NCBI RefSeq assembly: GCF_004010195.1
Contig: NC_057718.1
Coordinates: forward strand, 50,050,450 to 50,114,449
Length of the DNA stretch: 64,000 bases
Direction of reading: 5' to 3'
Source of the DNA: Chiloscyllium plagiosum
Taxonomy: Eukaryota
Every line of letters begins with the position of its first letter. The stretch's first letter is position 1. This document shows positions 47,520 to 60,497 of the stretch, in pieces. Below the pieces are notes generated by a model. It did no database searches, was not told the origin of the DNA, and was given only the letters and a program-made list of their open reading frames with translations. The position numbers and the translations under genes are program-made.

Positions 47520-49158
47520 GGAAACCAATTGAAGAAAATTCTCAAGGAACAATTTAATACCCACTTGGAAAGGCATAGCTTAATTAGGGATAGACAGCAT
47601 AGCTTTGCCATGCCTAACAAATTTGCTTGGGCTTTTTGAAAATGTTATCAAGTGTGTGGATGAAGAAAGTTCAGTTATTGTAGTTTATATAGATTTTAGC
47701 AAAACTTTTGACAAGGTACTACATGGAAAACTGATTGAGAAGGTTAAAGCACAAGGAATTAATGGAAACTTGGTGAGATGGATCAGAAACTGGCTTAGTA
47801 ATGGGACACAAAGTATACTAGTAGAAGGCCATTTGAGTGACTGGAGGCTGATGTCCAGTGGTATACCACAAGGATCAGTACTGGGGCCCTTACTGTTTGT
47901 TATATATATGAATGATATCGTTGAAAATGTGGGGGGAATGTTAAGCAAACTTGCAGATGACACCAAGATTGGTAGAGTGGTTAGAAGCAAAGAAGATATT
48001 TGTAGGCTACAGGGAGATGTAGATGGGTTGGTCAAATGGGCAGACATATGGTAGATGGTATTTAACTCTGATAATTGTGAGGTGATGCACTTTGGAAGAA
48101 GAAACAAGATCAGGAAATATTTAATGAATGATAAGACACTGGGTAACTGAGAGGAACAGAGGGATTGTGGGGTAATTATTCACAGATCCCTGAAGTTAGT
48201 AGAGTATGCGAATAGGATAGTTAAGAAGTCATCAGTATAACAGCAAGACGGTAATGTCAGGTTACAGTTCAGACTACTGTGGAAAGTTCTGATCACCTCA
48301 CTAAAAGAAGGATGTGCTAGCACTGGAGGGATTACAGAGGAGATTCACAAGGATGTTGCCTAGGATGGAGAAATTGCGCTGAGAATACTGAGGGAGGACA
48401 TGATTGAAGTATATCAGATTATGAGGGGTATGGACAGGATGGATAGAGAGCAGCTGGTCCCCTTGGTTGAGACGTCAATCATGAGAGGGCATAGTTTTAG
48501 GGTAAAAAAAGAGATTCAGAGGGGCTTTCAGAAAAGAACTTTTTCACTCAGTGGTTGGTGGGAATCTGGAATTCACTGCCTGGGAAGGTAATGGAGACAA
48601 AACAAAAAAAAACCTACAGATGCTGGAATCCAAGGTAGACAAGCAGCAGGCAGGAAGAACACATCAAGCCAGGCACAATCAGGATGTGGAGAAATCAATG
48701 CTTCTGGTGTAACACTTCTTCAGGACTGGGGGTGGTTATAATGGGAGGGTTTTGGGTGGGGAGAGGAGTGGGGTGGTGAGGTAGGGATAGGTGAACACAG
48801 GTAGAGGGTATGACCTGGTTGGTTGATGGGAGGAATGAATCAACTTGGTAGCTGGAAGGGAGGGTCAGTCAGAGGAATGGAAAGGAGGGGGAGGAGGAGG
48901 GGCTGGGAAAGGAGTCGAGGGATGTGAAGGGAGGTTAGTTGAAATTGAAGAACTCAACGTTAAGTCCTCCAGACTGAAGGTAATGGAAACAATGAACCTT
49001 TCAACCTTTTAAAAAAAAATTTGGATGACCACTTCAAATATCATAACATTCAAGGATATGAAACAAGTGTGGAAATTGGGATTAGTGTGCCTGTATTGGT
49101 AGCTATTGTCAGCACAGACTCAATGGGCTAAAGGACCTTTTCTGTGCTGTATGAATCT
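47520..49158 (+). mobile_element. Older CR1 fragment (RT to 3' end) with a nested PLE
   Basis: CLTNLL, IDFSKTFDKV, GIPQGSVLGPLLF, LADDTKIG. Confidence 0.9.
48601..48975 (-). mobile_element. PLE fragment with a 17-bp TSD
   Basis: GAAGGTAATGGAGACAA (48584-48600) / GAAGGTAATGGAAACAA (48976-48992). Confidence 0.75.
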
Positions 49159-49159
49159 A

Positions 49160-49650
49160 ATTGCCCTCAAAGATGGTGGTGATCTGCCTTCTTGAACCTC
49201 CACCGTTCACATGCTGTGGGTTGATCTACAATGCCCTTTGGAATGGAATTCCAGGATTTTGACCCAGCGATAGTGAAGGAATCACAATAAATTTCCAAGT
49301 CATGATGGTGTATGGTTTGGAGGGAAACTTGTAGGTGATGATGTTCCCATATATCTGTTGCCCTTGACCTTCTAAATGGGAGTGGTTGTGGTTTTGGAAG
49401 GTGCTGTCAAAGCATCTTTGGTGAATTCCTGCTGTGTAACTAGTAAATACTACGCATTGCTGCTACTGAGCATCACTGATAGAGGGATGGATGCTGTGGA
49501 TGCGGTGCCAATCAAGTTAGCTGCTTTGCCCTGAATGGTGACAAGTTCTTGAGTTTTGATCCACTTCTCAGGTAAGTGGCGAGTATTCTACCACACCCAA
49601 GACTTGTACCTTGTAGATGGTGGACAGGCTTTCGGGAGTCACGAGCTTAG
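49160..49650 (-). mobile_element. 3' fragment of the 4340-5400 LINE family
   Basis: Reverse complement of 'gttcaagaaggcag..caccaccatct' and 'ctttgacagcaccttccaaaacc'. Confidence 0.8.
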
Positions 49651-50239
49651 CTACTCTGTTTCTCTCCCTCGTATTTCTTCATACCTTTCTATCCTTCTAA
49701 CTTTTTTTTCTCTCTGACTCTCTCTCTCTCTCTATCTCTCCCTACCCTGTCTGCCTTTTTGTTTCTTTCCTGGGTTTTCTCTATCACTCTCTGTCCCAGT
49801 TGCTGAGACTCAGCATGGGAAAGTATTGTACTGGATGGATTTGCATGGTTTTTTAAACACCGTGGGTAGGTAATGCAGGAATTATACAGCTGGGCAGTTC
49901 AGGAGGATGGGGAGGGCAGGGAGAATGTGTGGGTGACTGAAAGAGGTGGAAAAAGAGAGAGAATACATGAGGGACAGAGAATGTGGGATAGGAAAGAGTA
50001 TCATGTAATGGGCATTCACATAGGAAGTGTAATAGATGAGGCTGTTTGGGGCATTAAGGGCTTTAGGATGGCTAGTTCAGGTAGGGATATAAATGAAACA
50101 GCTTTTGAGACATTTCCTCCTATGCTGACAGAACTGAAGCCTTCTTTATTCCTGCACCCAGTTTATCATTGAACCAATCAGTTTATGTATCTCCTCAGTC
50201 TAACAGCCAAAAGCATCACTTCACAGGTGTTACAGAGTG

Positions 50240-50740
50240 TTGGAATGTTGAATGTCAGGATTGTGATGGAATACTCTCCACTGACCTGGATGAGTGCAAC
50301 TCCAACAACATTATAAAAGCTTGACACCATGCCGATCAAGGCAGCCATTTGATTGGTATCTCATCCAAAATATCTTCAACATTCACTTTCCTTTAGACTG
50401 ATCCACAATGACTTTTGCACTGTATCAACTCACCAAGGTTCCTTTGACAGCACCTTCCAAACCCATGATTTCTACCAGGTAGAATGGCAACTGGTAGATG
50501 CACAGGAACACCACCCAAACTATACTGTCTGGAAGATCAAGGGCATAGGTGCATGGGGAAATCACCATCACCAAATTACTTTCCAAGCCACACTGCATCA
50601 AAATCATTAAACTCCCTTCCTAACATCACTCTGTGTAACCTCAACCTAACACTACATCCCAAAGACTGCAATATTTCAAGATTTTCAGGTGCAATTACAG
50701 ATTGCCAATAAATGGTTGCATAATCATCCTGTGAAAAACT
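50240..50740 (+). mobile_element. 3' fragment of the same LINE family
   Basis: tgtgatggaatactctccactgacctggatgagtgcaactccaacaaca... Confidence 0.75.
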
Positions 50741-52069
50741 TTAAAATTTTTGATTAATTCAATTCCAGGATCACAAAAGAAATCATTTAGACCATCTGGC
50801 TCAAAACAGTTTTTTGAGGTAATTTTTTAAAAACTTCAAATATTTTACTTTTTTTCCCATGTTGTGCTTGTGAACAGAGGATAAAAACTAAAAATAAAAT
50901 GCTTTTCTAATTGGGAATTATTTATTGGCAGAATTTGAATATTACTGTTCATCAACATTTAACTTGGCTCGCCCTATTTTAATAGATATTTTAAAGTTGG
51001 CCCTCCCATGCACTGTTAAAAAAAAATGAGTTAAAGATAGAAAGCGTACCTTATGGAAAATAATCCCTCAAGGGACATTAGGAAGCAGTAATTTAACAGC
51101 ACAAATTGGATTCCACTGCTCTGTGTTGAAATTTTATTCAGAGAAAACAAGCTTCCTTCTAATTCCAACTAAGTCTATTGGCATATTTTATACAATCTTA
51201 TGTTTATTTCTCTATCTTGTATTATAATTATGATAAAGAACATGCTGGCTAAAAAGGTTGTGGAAGCAATTTTAACAGTAAGCTTTAAAAGGCAATTAGA
51301 TAAACACTTGAATTAGAAAAGGAAAAAAATATACACTGCAGGGAAAGCACAGGGGAGTATGGCTAATTGGACAGCTCTTAGAAAGAGGGTATACAATTTG
51401 CAGAAAGCCTCCTTTTGTGTTCAATCAGTTTACTGTGTGTTGAGAGGCTGAATCCTACTTTGCCACCTACAGGGCTAATAGGTAGATTTTTTGAAAAGTT
51501 TCTTGAAAAGCATTTTCAGATGCAATAATATAGTTTTGCAAAGATTGCTCTATGTTTGAAACATAATAAGCTATTAATTTTGTTTATAAACCATGTCAAT
51601 CTATATTGATTCATGCTGGAAAAATAATGGCAATGGTTTTTATACCACCTCCCCATATTTTTAAAACTTTGTCTCCTGACTAATGAGGCTGTGGGGTTCA
51701 ATCTCGTATTATGTAGATTGGGAAAGGCAGGCATGGTGGGTGAATTACATCTAGAATGGGATTATAATACAAGCAGCAGAATTTTGGATGATTTGATGTT
51801 GGCAGAGGTTAAAAGATAGAGTCCAGCGAGGAAGAGAATTGATGTAGTTGACTGTGAACACTAAAATGTCATGGACAGAGGGTTTTCACAGCAGCTGGAA
51901 AGGTCAGTGGCACAGCTGGGTGATGATTTGACGATCGAAGGAATTGGTGGTGGAAGTATGTCATTTACAGCAGGTCTCAAGATCTATAGCTGTATTTTTC
52001 CTTATTTTTCCCAGCAGGAAATTGTGCAAACTCTACAATAGATGGGAGGTGGAAAGATCTTGGGGGGTT

Positions 52070-54920
52070 ACATCATCTGACTGTTCATCCAGACAACCAG
52101 GTTAATTATTCTGGGGAGTTGGGTTTGAATTGTGGGATGGTAGAAGGTAAAATCTGAATTCAATAAAAATCTGCGATTTAAATGTTATTTTACTGAAAAT
52201 CGTGTCACCATTGACAACTGTTGTCAAAACCTATCTAGCATATACAGGGAGGGAAATCTGTCTCCTTACATGGTCTCACCAACAAGTGGTTCCAGATGTG
52301 CAGCAATGCAGAGACTCCTAATGACATATCAAATGACGAAGAAGCCTAAACAAAGGAAGGTAACTGAATAACCAACCTGGCATTGACCTAGAGACCAGAA
52401 ATGGCAATGATGAACTCACCCTGTCAATCCTGCACAATCCTCACTACCCAGATCTGAGGATTGTGCCAAAATTCAGAGAGGTATCCCAAAGACTGGTCAA
52501 GCAACACCTGATGTGGTCATTCTCACAGAATCTTACCTAAAGACAATGTTCCAGACACCACCGTCACTATCTTTAGATTTGCCCTATTCCAACCACACTC
52601 ACGACAGACCCAACAAGAGGCACTGGGAGAGTGGTATACAGCTGGGGGGAGTTTCCTTGGGAGTTCTCAACATTGTCTCTGAACCACACAAAGTCTCACG
52701 GCATCAGGTCAAACATAGGCAAGGAAACTTCCTGCTGTTTCCCACATACTCCCAACTTGTCACTTAGCTGATGAATCAGATATCCTCCATGTTGAAAAGC
52801 ACATGGAGGCAGTGGCAAAGGCACAGAATTATCTCTAGGTAGGGGATTTCAAAGTCTTCTATTAAACATTGCTCAATAGCACCAGCACTGATAGAGCTAG
52901 GGAAGTCCTAATGGACAACCCTACTGGACTGGGTCTGCATCAGGTGGTCAAGGTTCCAACAAGAGAGAAACTATTACTTTTCCTCATCCTCAGTAATGTA
53001 TCTGGCACAGATATATCTGTCCATGACAATATTGGTGGAAATGCCCACTGCACAGTCATTGTAGAGGCAAAGCCCTGCCTTTTTTTGTAGATCTACCACT
53101 GTACTAACTAGAAAGGGCTTCAAACAGATCTAGAAACTAAAAGGTTGGCATCCATGAGGGACTGTGTATCATCATCAGCAGTAGAATTTTATTCAACCAC
53201 AATTTGTAACCTCATGGCCTGGTTTATCACAAATCTACCATTTTCATCAAGCCACAAGATCAACTCTAATTTATTGAAGAATGCAGGAGTGCATGCCAGA
53301 GAATTGTCGAACATTTTTAAAAGTGAGGTGTTAACTTGATGAAGCTAAAGCACAGCAGTCAAATGTCAACACAGCAAGAAAAGGAATCTCACAACTAATG
53401 AAGATCTAAGCTCTGCAGTCTTTCCACATCCAATTGTGAATGGTAGTGGACAATTAAACAATCAAAGATGGGGATCACCCAAAACCTCAAGCAATGGAGA
53501 AGGCTGAGTATTTGCATCCATCTGCTGCCAGAGGATGATTCATCTCAGCCTCTTCCTGAGATCCCCGACATTGTAGATGTCAGTCTTCAACCAAATTGAT
53601 TCACTCCATGTGATATCAAGAAACAGCTGAAAGCACTGGATACTGGAACGGTGGAGCCTGACAACATTTTGGCAATACTGCTTAAAATCATGCGCCCCAG
53701 AACTAACCACGTCCCCAACAAAGCTGTAGCAAGAGAATTACATCATTGGAATCTACCTAACATTGTGTGAAATTGCTGAGAAATGTCCTGCCCACAAATA
53801 AAAGTATTATAATACCTGCTGTATTAATCTCTATTATCAGCAAAGTAATGAAATGATTCATCACTGGTGCTATTACACAGGAGGCTTGGGTAATGTCAAG
53901 GCCACTCAACTTCTGACCCCTTGGTTCCAACATGGACAAAAGAACTAAATCAATTGGTGAGATGAGAATGATTGTCATTGTCATCAGGGCAGAATTTAAC
54001 TAAATGTGGCATCAAGGAGCCCGAACAAAATAGAAGTCAATCAAAATACAGGTTAAAAAAAAACTCTCCACTGGTTGGAGTCATACTGAGCGCAAAGGAA
54101 GATGGTTGTTGTTGTTGGATGTTAATCACCTCAGCCTTTAGATATCAAAGGAGGTCTTCTTCAGGTAACGTCCTAGGCCCAAACTACTTTCTTTCCAGCA
54201 TATAGTCAGAACTTGGGATGTTATTTATTGCTCTAATTGTTGAGCAAGCAGAGTTGAAAATATCTGAACAAATCCATACTGTCATTGCCTTGCAACAGGA
54301 TCTTGATTAAGGTCATGATCATTTTAACGAAAACAGACTGGACTGGAGAAACTCAACACATCTGGCAGCATCTGTGAAGATACAAAGTTAATGTTTCCAG
54401 TCCAGTAAAATTCTTATTAGTAACTCCTTCGTAGTTGACAAATTTCCAACACACTCCTCCTGCCAGAGTCACAACAGATTGTGGCTCCTACAACACTCAA
54501 GACTCTCAATACCATCCAGGACAAAGCAGCCTTCTTGACTAGCATCCGTCCACAACTCTCAATAATCACTCCCTTCACCACTAATGCACTGTAGCAGCAG
54601 TGCATATAATCTACAATCTAAACCACAATTTTCAAAACCTGTGATTTTATCACCAGGAAAGAGAAGGGCAGCAGATGGACAGGGACCACCAACACCTACA
54701 AGTTTCCTTTAGGCCACACATCATCAAGACCTGGAGGTTTTAGTGTCATTCCTTCACTGTTGCTGTGTCAAAATCTTGAAATCCATTCCCTAACAGCACT
54801 GTGGGTGCAAATTTATCCCAAGGACTGCAGCAATTCTTGAAGGTAGCTTGCCACCATCTTCTCAAGAGGATCTAACAGTGATCAATAAATGATGACCGAG
54901 CCAGGGATGTGATGGAATAA
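52070..54920 (+). mobile_element. Highly degenerate long copy of the same LINE family (5' head, EN, RT, 3' end)
   Basis: VKQHLMW/PDVVILTESYL and GDF endonuclease remnants; 3' end matches 4900-5390. A small PLE piece sits at about 54330-54420. Confidence 0.7.
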
Positions 54921-55485
54921 GAAGAGAGGGCTGGGATTAGGTGACTGGTAGTAAAATATAAGTTATTTGAGCATGACTTGACGCTACAATGCAGACCTCT
55001 GTGGCAACCTCACTAATGAGAGCTTAACACAAGCTAGTCATGCTTTACAGAAGCTTGCTAAAAATATTAAGTTCCGGCACTTGTCGCAGAAAAGCGACTC
55101 CTGTTTCACATATGCTTGGAGCTCTTGGACAGGATTGTGGATCTGTGCATTCCCTATATTTGTATAGGATCATGCTGGGGAAAGATTGTATGTTAAAGAG
55201 TGAATCTCAGTGACATGCAAGAAATAACTCTTTTGGAAAGTGGAGGGAGCACAGTGTATTCGGGATGAAAGATAATCTACCAAATCTGAAAGCTGGTAGG
55301 ATGGAAAGTGATGCTTGAGAGCTTCCAACATGGGTGTGAGAGATCAGGGAAAGTCATTATCGTTGAAGCATGGAAAATGGGATAGACTCAGTTGGGTTCT
55401 GGAGTGGATGTTTGCTTAAAAATGACTGTCAGCAAGTAAAGATTGTACACTGGAAATATGAAAATTTCATTCATTGATGACAACT

Positions 55486-55780
55486 CATAGAATCCCTTTA
55501 GCGTAGAAACAAGCCATTCAGCCCACTGAATCCACACTGACCCTCTGAAGAGCAACCCACCCAGACCCACCCCTCATACCCTAACAACCTGTATTTCTCA
55601 TGGCTAAGCCACCTAGCCTGCACATCATTGGACTGTAAGAAGAAACTGGAGTACCTGGAAGAAACCCACACAGACATAGGGAGAATGTGCAACTCCACAC
55701 AGACAGTTGCCCAAGTGTGTAATTGAACCTGGGTCCCTGGTGCTTGCAGCAGGGCTAACCACTCAGACACTGTGCCGCAC
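55486..55780 (-). mobile_element. HE1-like SINE
   Basis: Similarity to other copies. Confidence 0.85.
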
Positions 55781-55994
55781 CTACTATGCAAGGGTTGCTA
55801 TATATTTAAGTACTTAACAATTAAGGTTAAGGAAGAAAAAACACAAGTAAACTATTTAGAAAATTTTATAACTTGCTTTGTTTTGAACATTAGAAAATAG
55901 CATAGACTGAGAAGTAACATCTAAAGATCTAATATCAAAATTAGGAAATAAAAAGGCTATTAAATAAATGCTTACATAAATGCGTTCAGTATAC

Positions 55995-56556
55995 TTTCCT
56001 TTATTGGTCAGACCATTGAGTATTGGAGTTGAGAGGTCATTGGTTAGGCCACTTTTGGAATGTTGTGTTCAATTCTGACCTCCTTGCTATAGGAAAGCTG
56101 TTGTTAAACTTGAAAGGATTCAGAAAAGATTTACAAGGATACTGCCAGGGTTGGAGAGTTTGAGCGATATGGAAAGGCTGAATATGCTGGTATGTTATCC
56201 CTAGAGCATCAGAGGATGAGGGGCATGATAGGATAAATAGACAAGGTATTTTTCCTGGGTTGGGGGAGTCCAAAACTAGACAGCATAGACTTAGGGTGAG
56301 AGGGGAAAGATTTAAAAGGGACCTAAGGGGCAACGTTTTCATGCAAAGGGTGGTGTGTGTATGGAATGAGCTTCCAGAGGAAGTGATGGAGGCTGATACA
56401 ATTACAGGATTTACCCATGGATGAGTACATGAATAAGAAGGGCTTAGAGGGATATGGGCTAAATTCTGGCAAATGGGACTAGATTAATTTAGGATATCTG
56501 GTTGGCATGGGCAAGTTGGACCGTAGGGTCTGTTTCCATGCTGTACACCTCTATGA
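55995..56556 (+). mobile_element. CR1 3' fragment
   Basis: ttcctttattggtcaga...ggtctgtttccatgctgtacacctctatgac. Confidence 0.9.
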
Positions 56557-57744
56557 CAGTTGCATCAAAGTAGCTCAATTTCTCATAGTAGTTTCCAATG
56601 ATATTGCATCAATTGTCATCTTACCCAATATGCTTGCACTGAGTAATATGTAGCTTGTGACAAAATAAAACCAGTGATGTACCAATTCATCATCAAGTTT
56701 GACAGATGAGCAGAAATAGATCATAAAGCTCATGTCAATCAAAACAAAGATGTTGTCACATACATGTTGTTGATTGACAACATTAAAACTGGTTTTGATT
56801 ATGGTAGGAAGCTGAGCAAGTTGGTAATCATCCTCAATAAGTAATTTGGTGTAATGCATGTGCATGTCAAATTTTTTTGAACGAAATAATACTTCTTCAT
56901 GGAATATTCTATCTCCATTGACAAAAGAAAGATCTCTGAGAACAGTAGCACAGTACAATCTGTTGTCATGACAATCAAAGCTTTCTGATCAGACAGTCTC
57001 TATGTGTGGATCTTTAAATACCTTAGGAATTCATCAATCAGCTTCTTAATGCATTGCCTATCAAACGTCTATGAATCTCAGGATAACTGTCATACTGAAT
57101 ATTAGCAGTGAATGAATTAGAATGCTACTTTGGAACTGAAGACCCAGTTTAGGTGATGAAGAATTAAGACATGCATATTTGTTAACCTTGAAAGGAAAGC
57201 AATCTGCAACCTTTATCCAGGTCCCTTTCCCTCCTCAAACACACACACATACACACACATGTATATGTATTTAAGACTGGAATTTTGATTGCAACATGGC
57301 ATTTCAAAATATTGAATTTATTGCAATAGCATTCATTGAATACCAATCATTTGTTCAGCATTAGCAAAATGAGTTTCCGACATGCTGAATACCTTTCGTG
57401 TGATATATTTGCTATAGCACCAAAACCTTGGTTATCATAAAGCAGATGGCGTTACCAGCAGCTAATGGCAACTTGTGAATAGTCTTGATTCTTTCTATAC
57501 TTAGCCTGACAAAATGAGGTTTAACTTCTGATCTTCTTGAGTGCATAAATTACCTAATCAATTTTCCAGTGTTCTTAAAACAGATTTGTACCTTCTCACA
57601 ATTAAAGTTACGTATTCTGCAAAATAAATGTTAGGCAGAGGACCCTGCTGGCTTTGGCCCAACACAATTATCATCCAGTGATCTCCTTACTCAAAATTAA
57701 AATCAGAAACTTACAGCCATTACATTTTAACAGCTGCTATAAAA

Positions 57745-58650
57745 ATAAAACTGCTGGAGATACTCAATATGTCAGGCAGCATCCATGGAAGGCACTTCAA
57801 GTTCACACTTCAGGTCAGTGAACCTTTCAGCACTGAAATAACGTAGAAATGGAAGAGCTTTGAAACCCTTAGTAATACAGAGGAATAGAAGAGCTAAATA
57901 GAAGGTCAATGATAGACTGGGGGATCAGATAGATGAACAAAATGTCTCATGATGCAAAGGCCAAAGAAAGCAGTGATGGATCCAGTAAAAGAATGCTTCT
58001 GATCAGGTGAGGAGTGAATATCAATATGGCAGCCTTCTAATTGCAATGTGTAAGGATTAATAAAGAAACAAGCCAACAAAAATAATGTAAAGATAACACA
58101 TCGGATAAGATGGAGGCGAAGGCTAGAATGTAAAGTTGTTGAATACAATACTGAGTCCATAAAGTTGTGGAGTACCAAGACGAATGATGAGATGCTGTTC
58201 CCGAGTTTGCACTGAGATTTATTGGAACACTGAAGTAGGCCATGGACAGAAAGTTGAAGGAAGGTGGAAAAGTAACATGATAAATGTGGGCCATGATAAA
58301 TGTGGGATCATGCTTACAGAATATATGGAGATGCTTTGCGAAACTTGTGTGTCCATCCTTACCTGGTCTTCCAATTGTTGGGAAAGCCACATGTTCAAAA
58401 TCAAATGAAAAGTACCGAATTGTGTCACCAGTATAAGTAGATCAGTTTCTCATTTGGAATGAGCATTTGGGGCCTTCGAGAAAGAAGTGAAAGACAGACT
58501 TTATATGCCCTATGCTTGCATGGAAAGATGCAATAGGGAACTGGTGATTGAGGAGAGAACCACAGTCTCATGGAGGGAACAGTCTTTTCAGAAGGCCAAA
58601 AGTGGAGGGTGGGGAAAATGTTTTGTTTTACTGGCATGAACACAGACTGA
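57745..58650 (-). mobile_element. Old PLE fragment (GIY-YIG region + terminal repeat)
   Basis: 'ctgctggagatactcaatatgtcaggcagcatc'; 'aaagttgttgaatacaatactgagtcc' parallels 37240-37265. Confidence 0.6.
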
Positions 58651-58899
58651 TCGCTCTCTCTCTCTCTCTCTCTGTACAATTACAATTGGACCTTACAACA
58701 CGGAAAGGGAGGAACACAAAATTATGTGAAGTGGACTGAATATAGTGGAGGGAATTCTCAATTGAACAAAAATAGATGGGAATTCTCAATTGAACAAAAG
58801 CGAGGCACATCAGAAACACTCTAAATAGAACCAACAAAAACAAAAAGTAACAACATTTTAATTAATTTATGCAATACCTTATAAATAAGATTACTTTTT

Positions 58900-60236
58900 T
58901 TAAGTTTGTAAATTGGGATGGTGTAGTTGGCAAAGTCCCGAGTGTAACCTGCTAACAAAGGTAAAACCTTATGGCAAGTTAGATGCAAAATTGTCTCTGT
59001 GGCAGGGGGCAGAGGATGGCAGTAGAAAGTTGTTTGTGAGTTTAGAGGCCAGTGTCCAGTGACCATGGGGATTAGTGTTGGGTTTATTATTATTTGTGAA
59101 GCATATAAATAATGTAAGTAAGGATATGGAGGGGGTGGGGATGGGAAGGAGATGATAAATAAGTTTGTGGGTGACCCAAAGATTGGATCAATGGTTGACG
59201 ATGAGGATTTTAGGTTACAGTAGGATATAAACGGATTGGTCAGATGGGTAGATGAGTGGCAGATGGAATTTAGTTGTGATGGTGATGCACTTTGGAAGAA
59301 GAATCAAGACAAGGGCGTACTCAGTGAGTAGGTCATTCGGGAAAGTTGGAGTAAGAGAGGGATCTTGGAGTGCTTGTCCACAAACCCATGAGGGTGGCAT
59401 AACAGGTTAATAGGTAGTTAAGAATATATATGGGACATGTGCCTTTATGAATTAAGGCAAACATTATAAGAGCAGGGAAGTTATGTTGGAGCTGTACAGG
59501 ATCTTAGGCTGAGTACTGTGTACAGTTCTGGTCATTACACTATAGGAAGGATGAGATTGCACTGGAGAAATTATAGAGTAGATTCATCAGGATATTGCTT
59601 GTGATGGAACACTTAACCGATGAAGAGAGGCCGGATAAGCTTGGGTTGTTTTCTTTGGAGCAGAGAGTTTGAGAGGGGACTTGATAGAGCTCTTTATGAT
59701 AACATTAGAGGGGCATAGACAGGGTGGATAGAAAACATTTGTTCCCTTTGTTGAAGGGTCAATTATAAGGGTCATAATTTCAAGGTGGAAGGCAGCAAGT
59801 TTAAAGACGATTTAAGGAAAATCATTTTCACCCAGAGAATGGTGGGATTCTTGAACGTACAGTAATATTTGTGAGGATAGTTGAGGTGGATAACCTCACA
59901 GTCTTTAAAAGTACTTGGATGAGTATTTGAAATGTCATAGTTAAAAATCACACAACACTAGGTTATAGTCCAACAGGTTTATTTGGAGGCACTAGCTTTT
60001 GAAGTGCTGCTTCTTCATCAGGTGGTTGTCCAAATAAACCTGTTGGACTATAACCTGGTGTTGTGTGAAATTTAAATTTGTCCACTCCAATCGAACACCG
60101 GCTCCTCCGCATCTTGAAATGTCATAAAATGGAAGGCTACAGGCTCAGTGCTGGAAAGTGAAACCCATGTAGATTTAGTGTAGTTTTGGTGGTATAGACA
60201 CAATGGGCCGAATGGCCTCTTCTGTACTGTATGATT
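58900..60236 (+). mobile_element. Old CR1 fragment
   Basis: KFVGDPKIG, W..EWQMEF, cagttctggtc...; CR1 tail at about 60200-60236. Confidence 0.8.
59940..60113. mobile_element. Short hairpin-shaped PLE-derived insert with a 13-bp TSD
   Basis: TTGAAATGTCATA at 59927-59939 and 60114-60126; internal inverted arms around a minus-strand CTGATGA core. Confidence 0.85.
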
Positions 60237-60497
60237 CCCAAGCATTTGGTATTCAATGCTTTACTCAATCCGTTACAACTTTCTTTGGCCTTTGCATCAC
60301 GAGACATTCAATAACATTGACTCCCAACAAACTACATTCTGATTATTGAGAGGTCAGGAAACAGGGCTGCAACAATTGAAACTGTGAGGCTTTATTTTAA
60401 ACAAAGTTCATTTATAAAATGTTGTTGAAATATTAGTGGCTCCAAACCAGAGTACTTCTAATCTGGCATCATTCATTCTTGGCCCCTGGGCAAGAGA

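Noticed and set aside
56575..56958. 127-aa minus-strand ORF in non-repeat AT-rich DNA
   Set aside because: No recognisable domain and no convincing ATG start or splice boundaries; compatible with chance, though a BLAST search was not possible.
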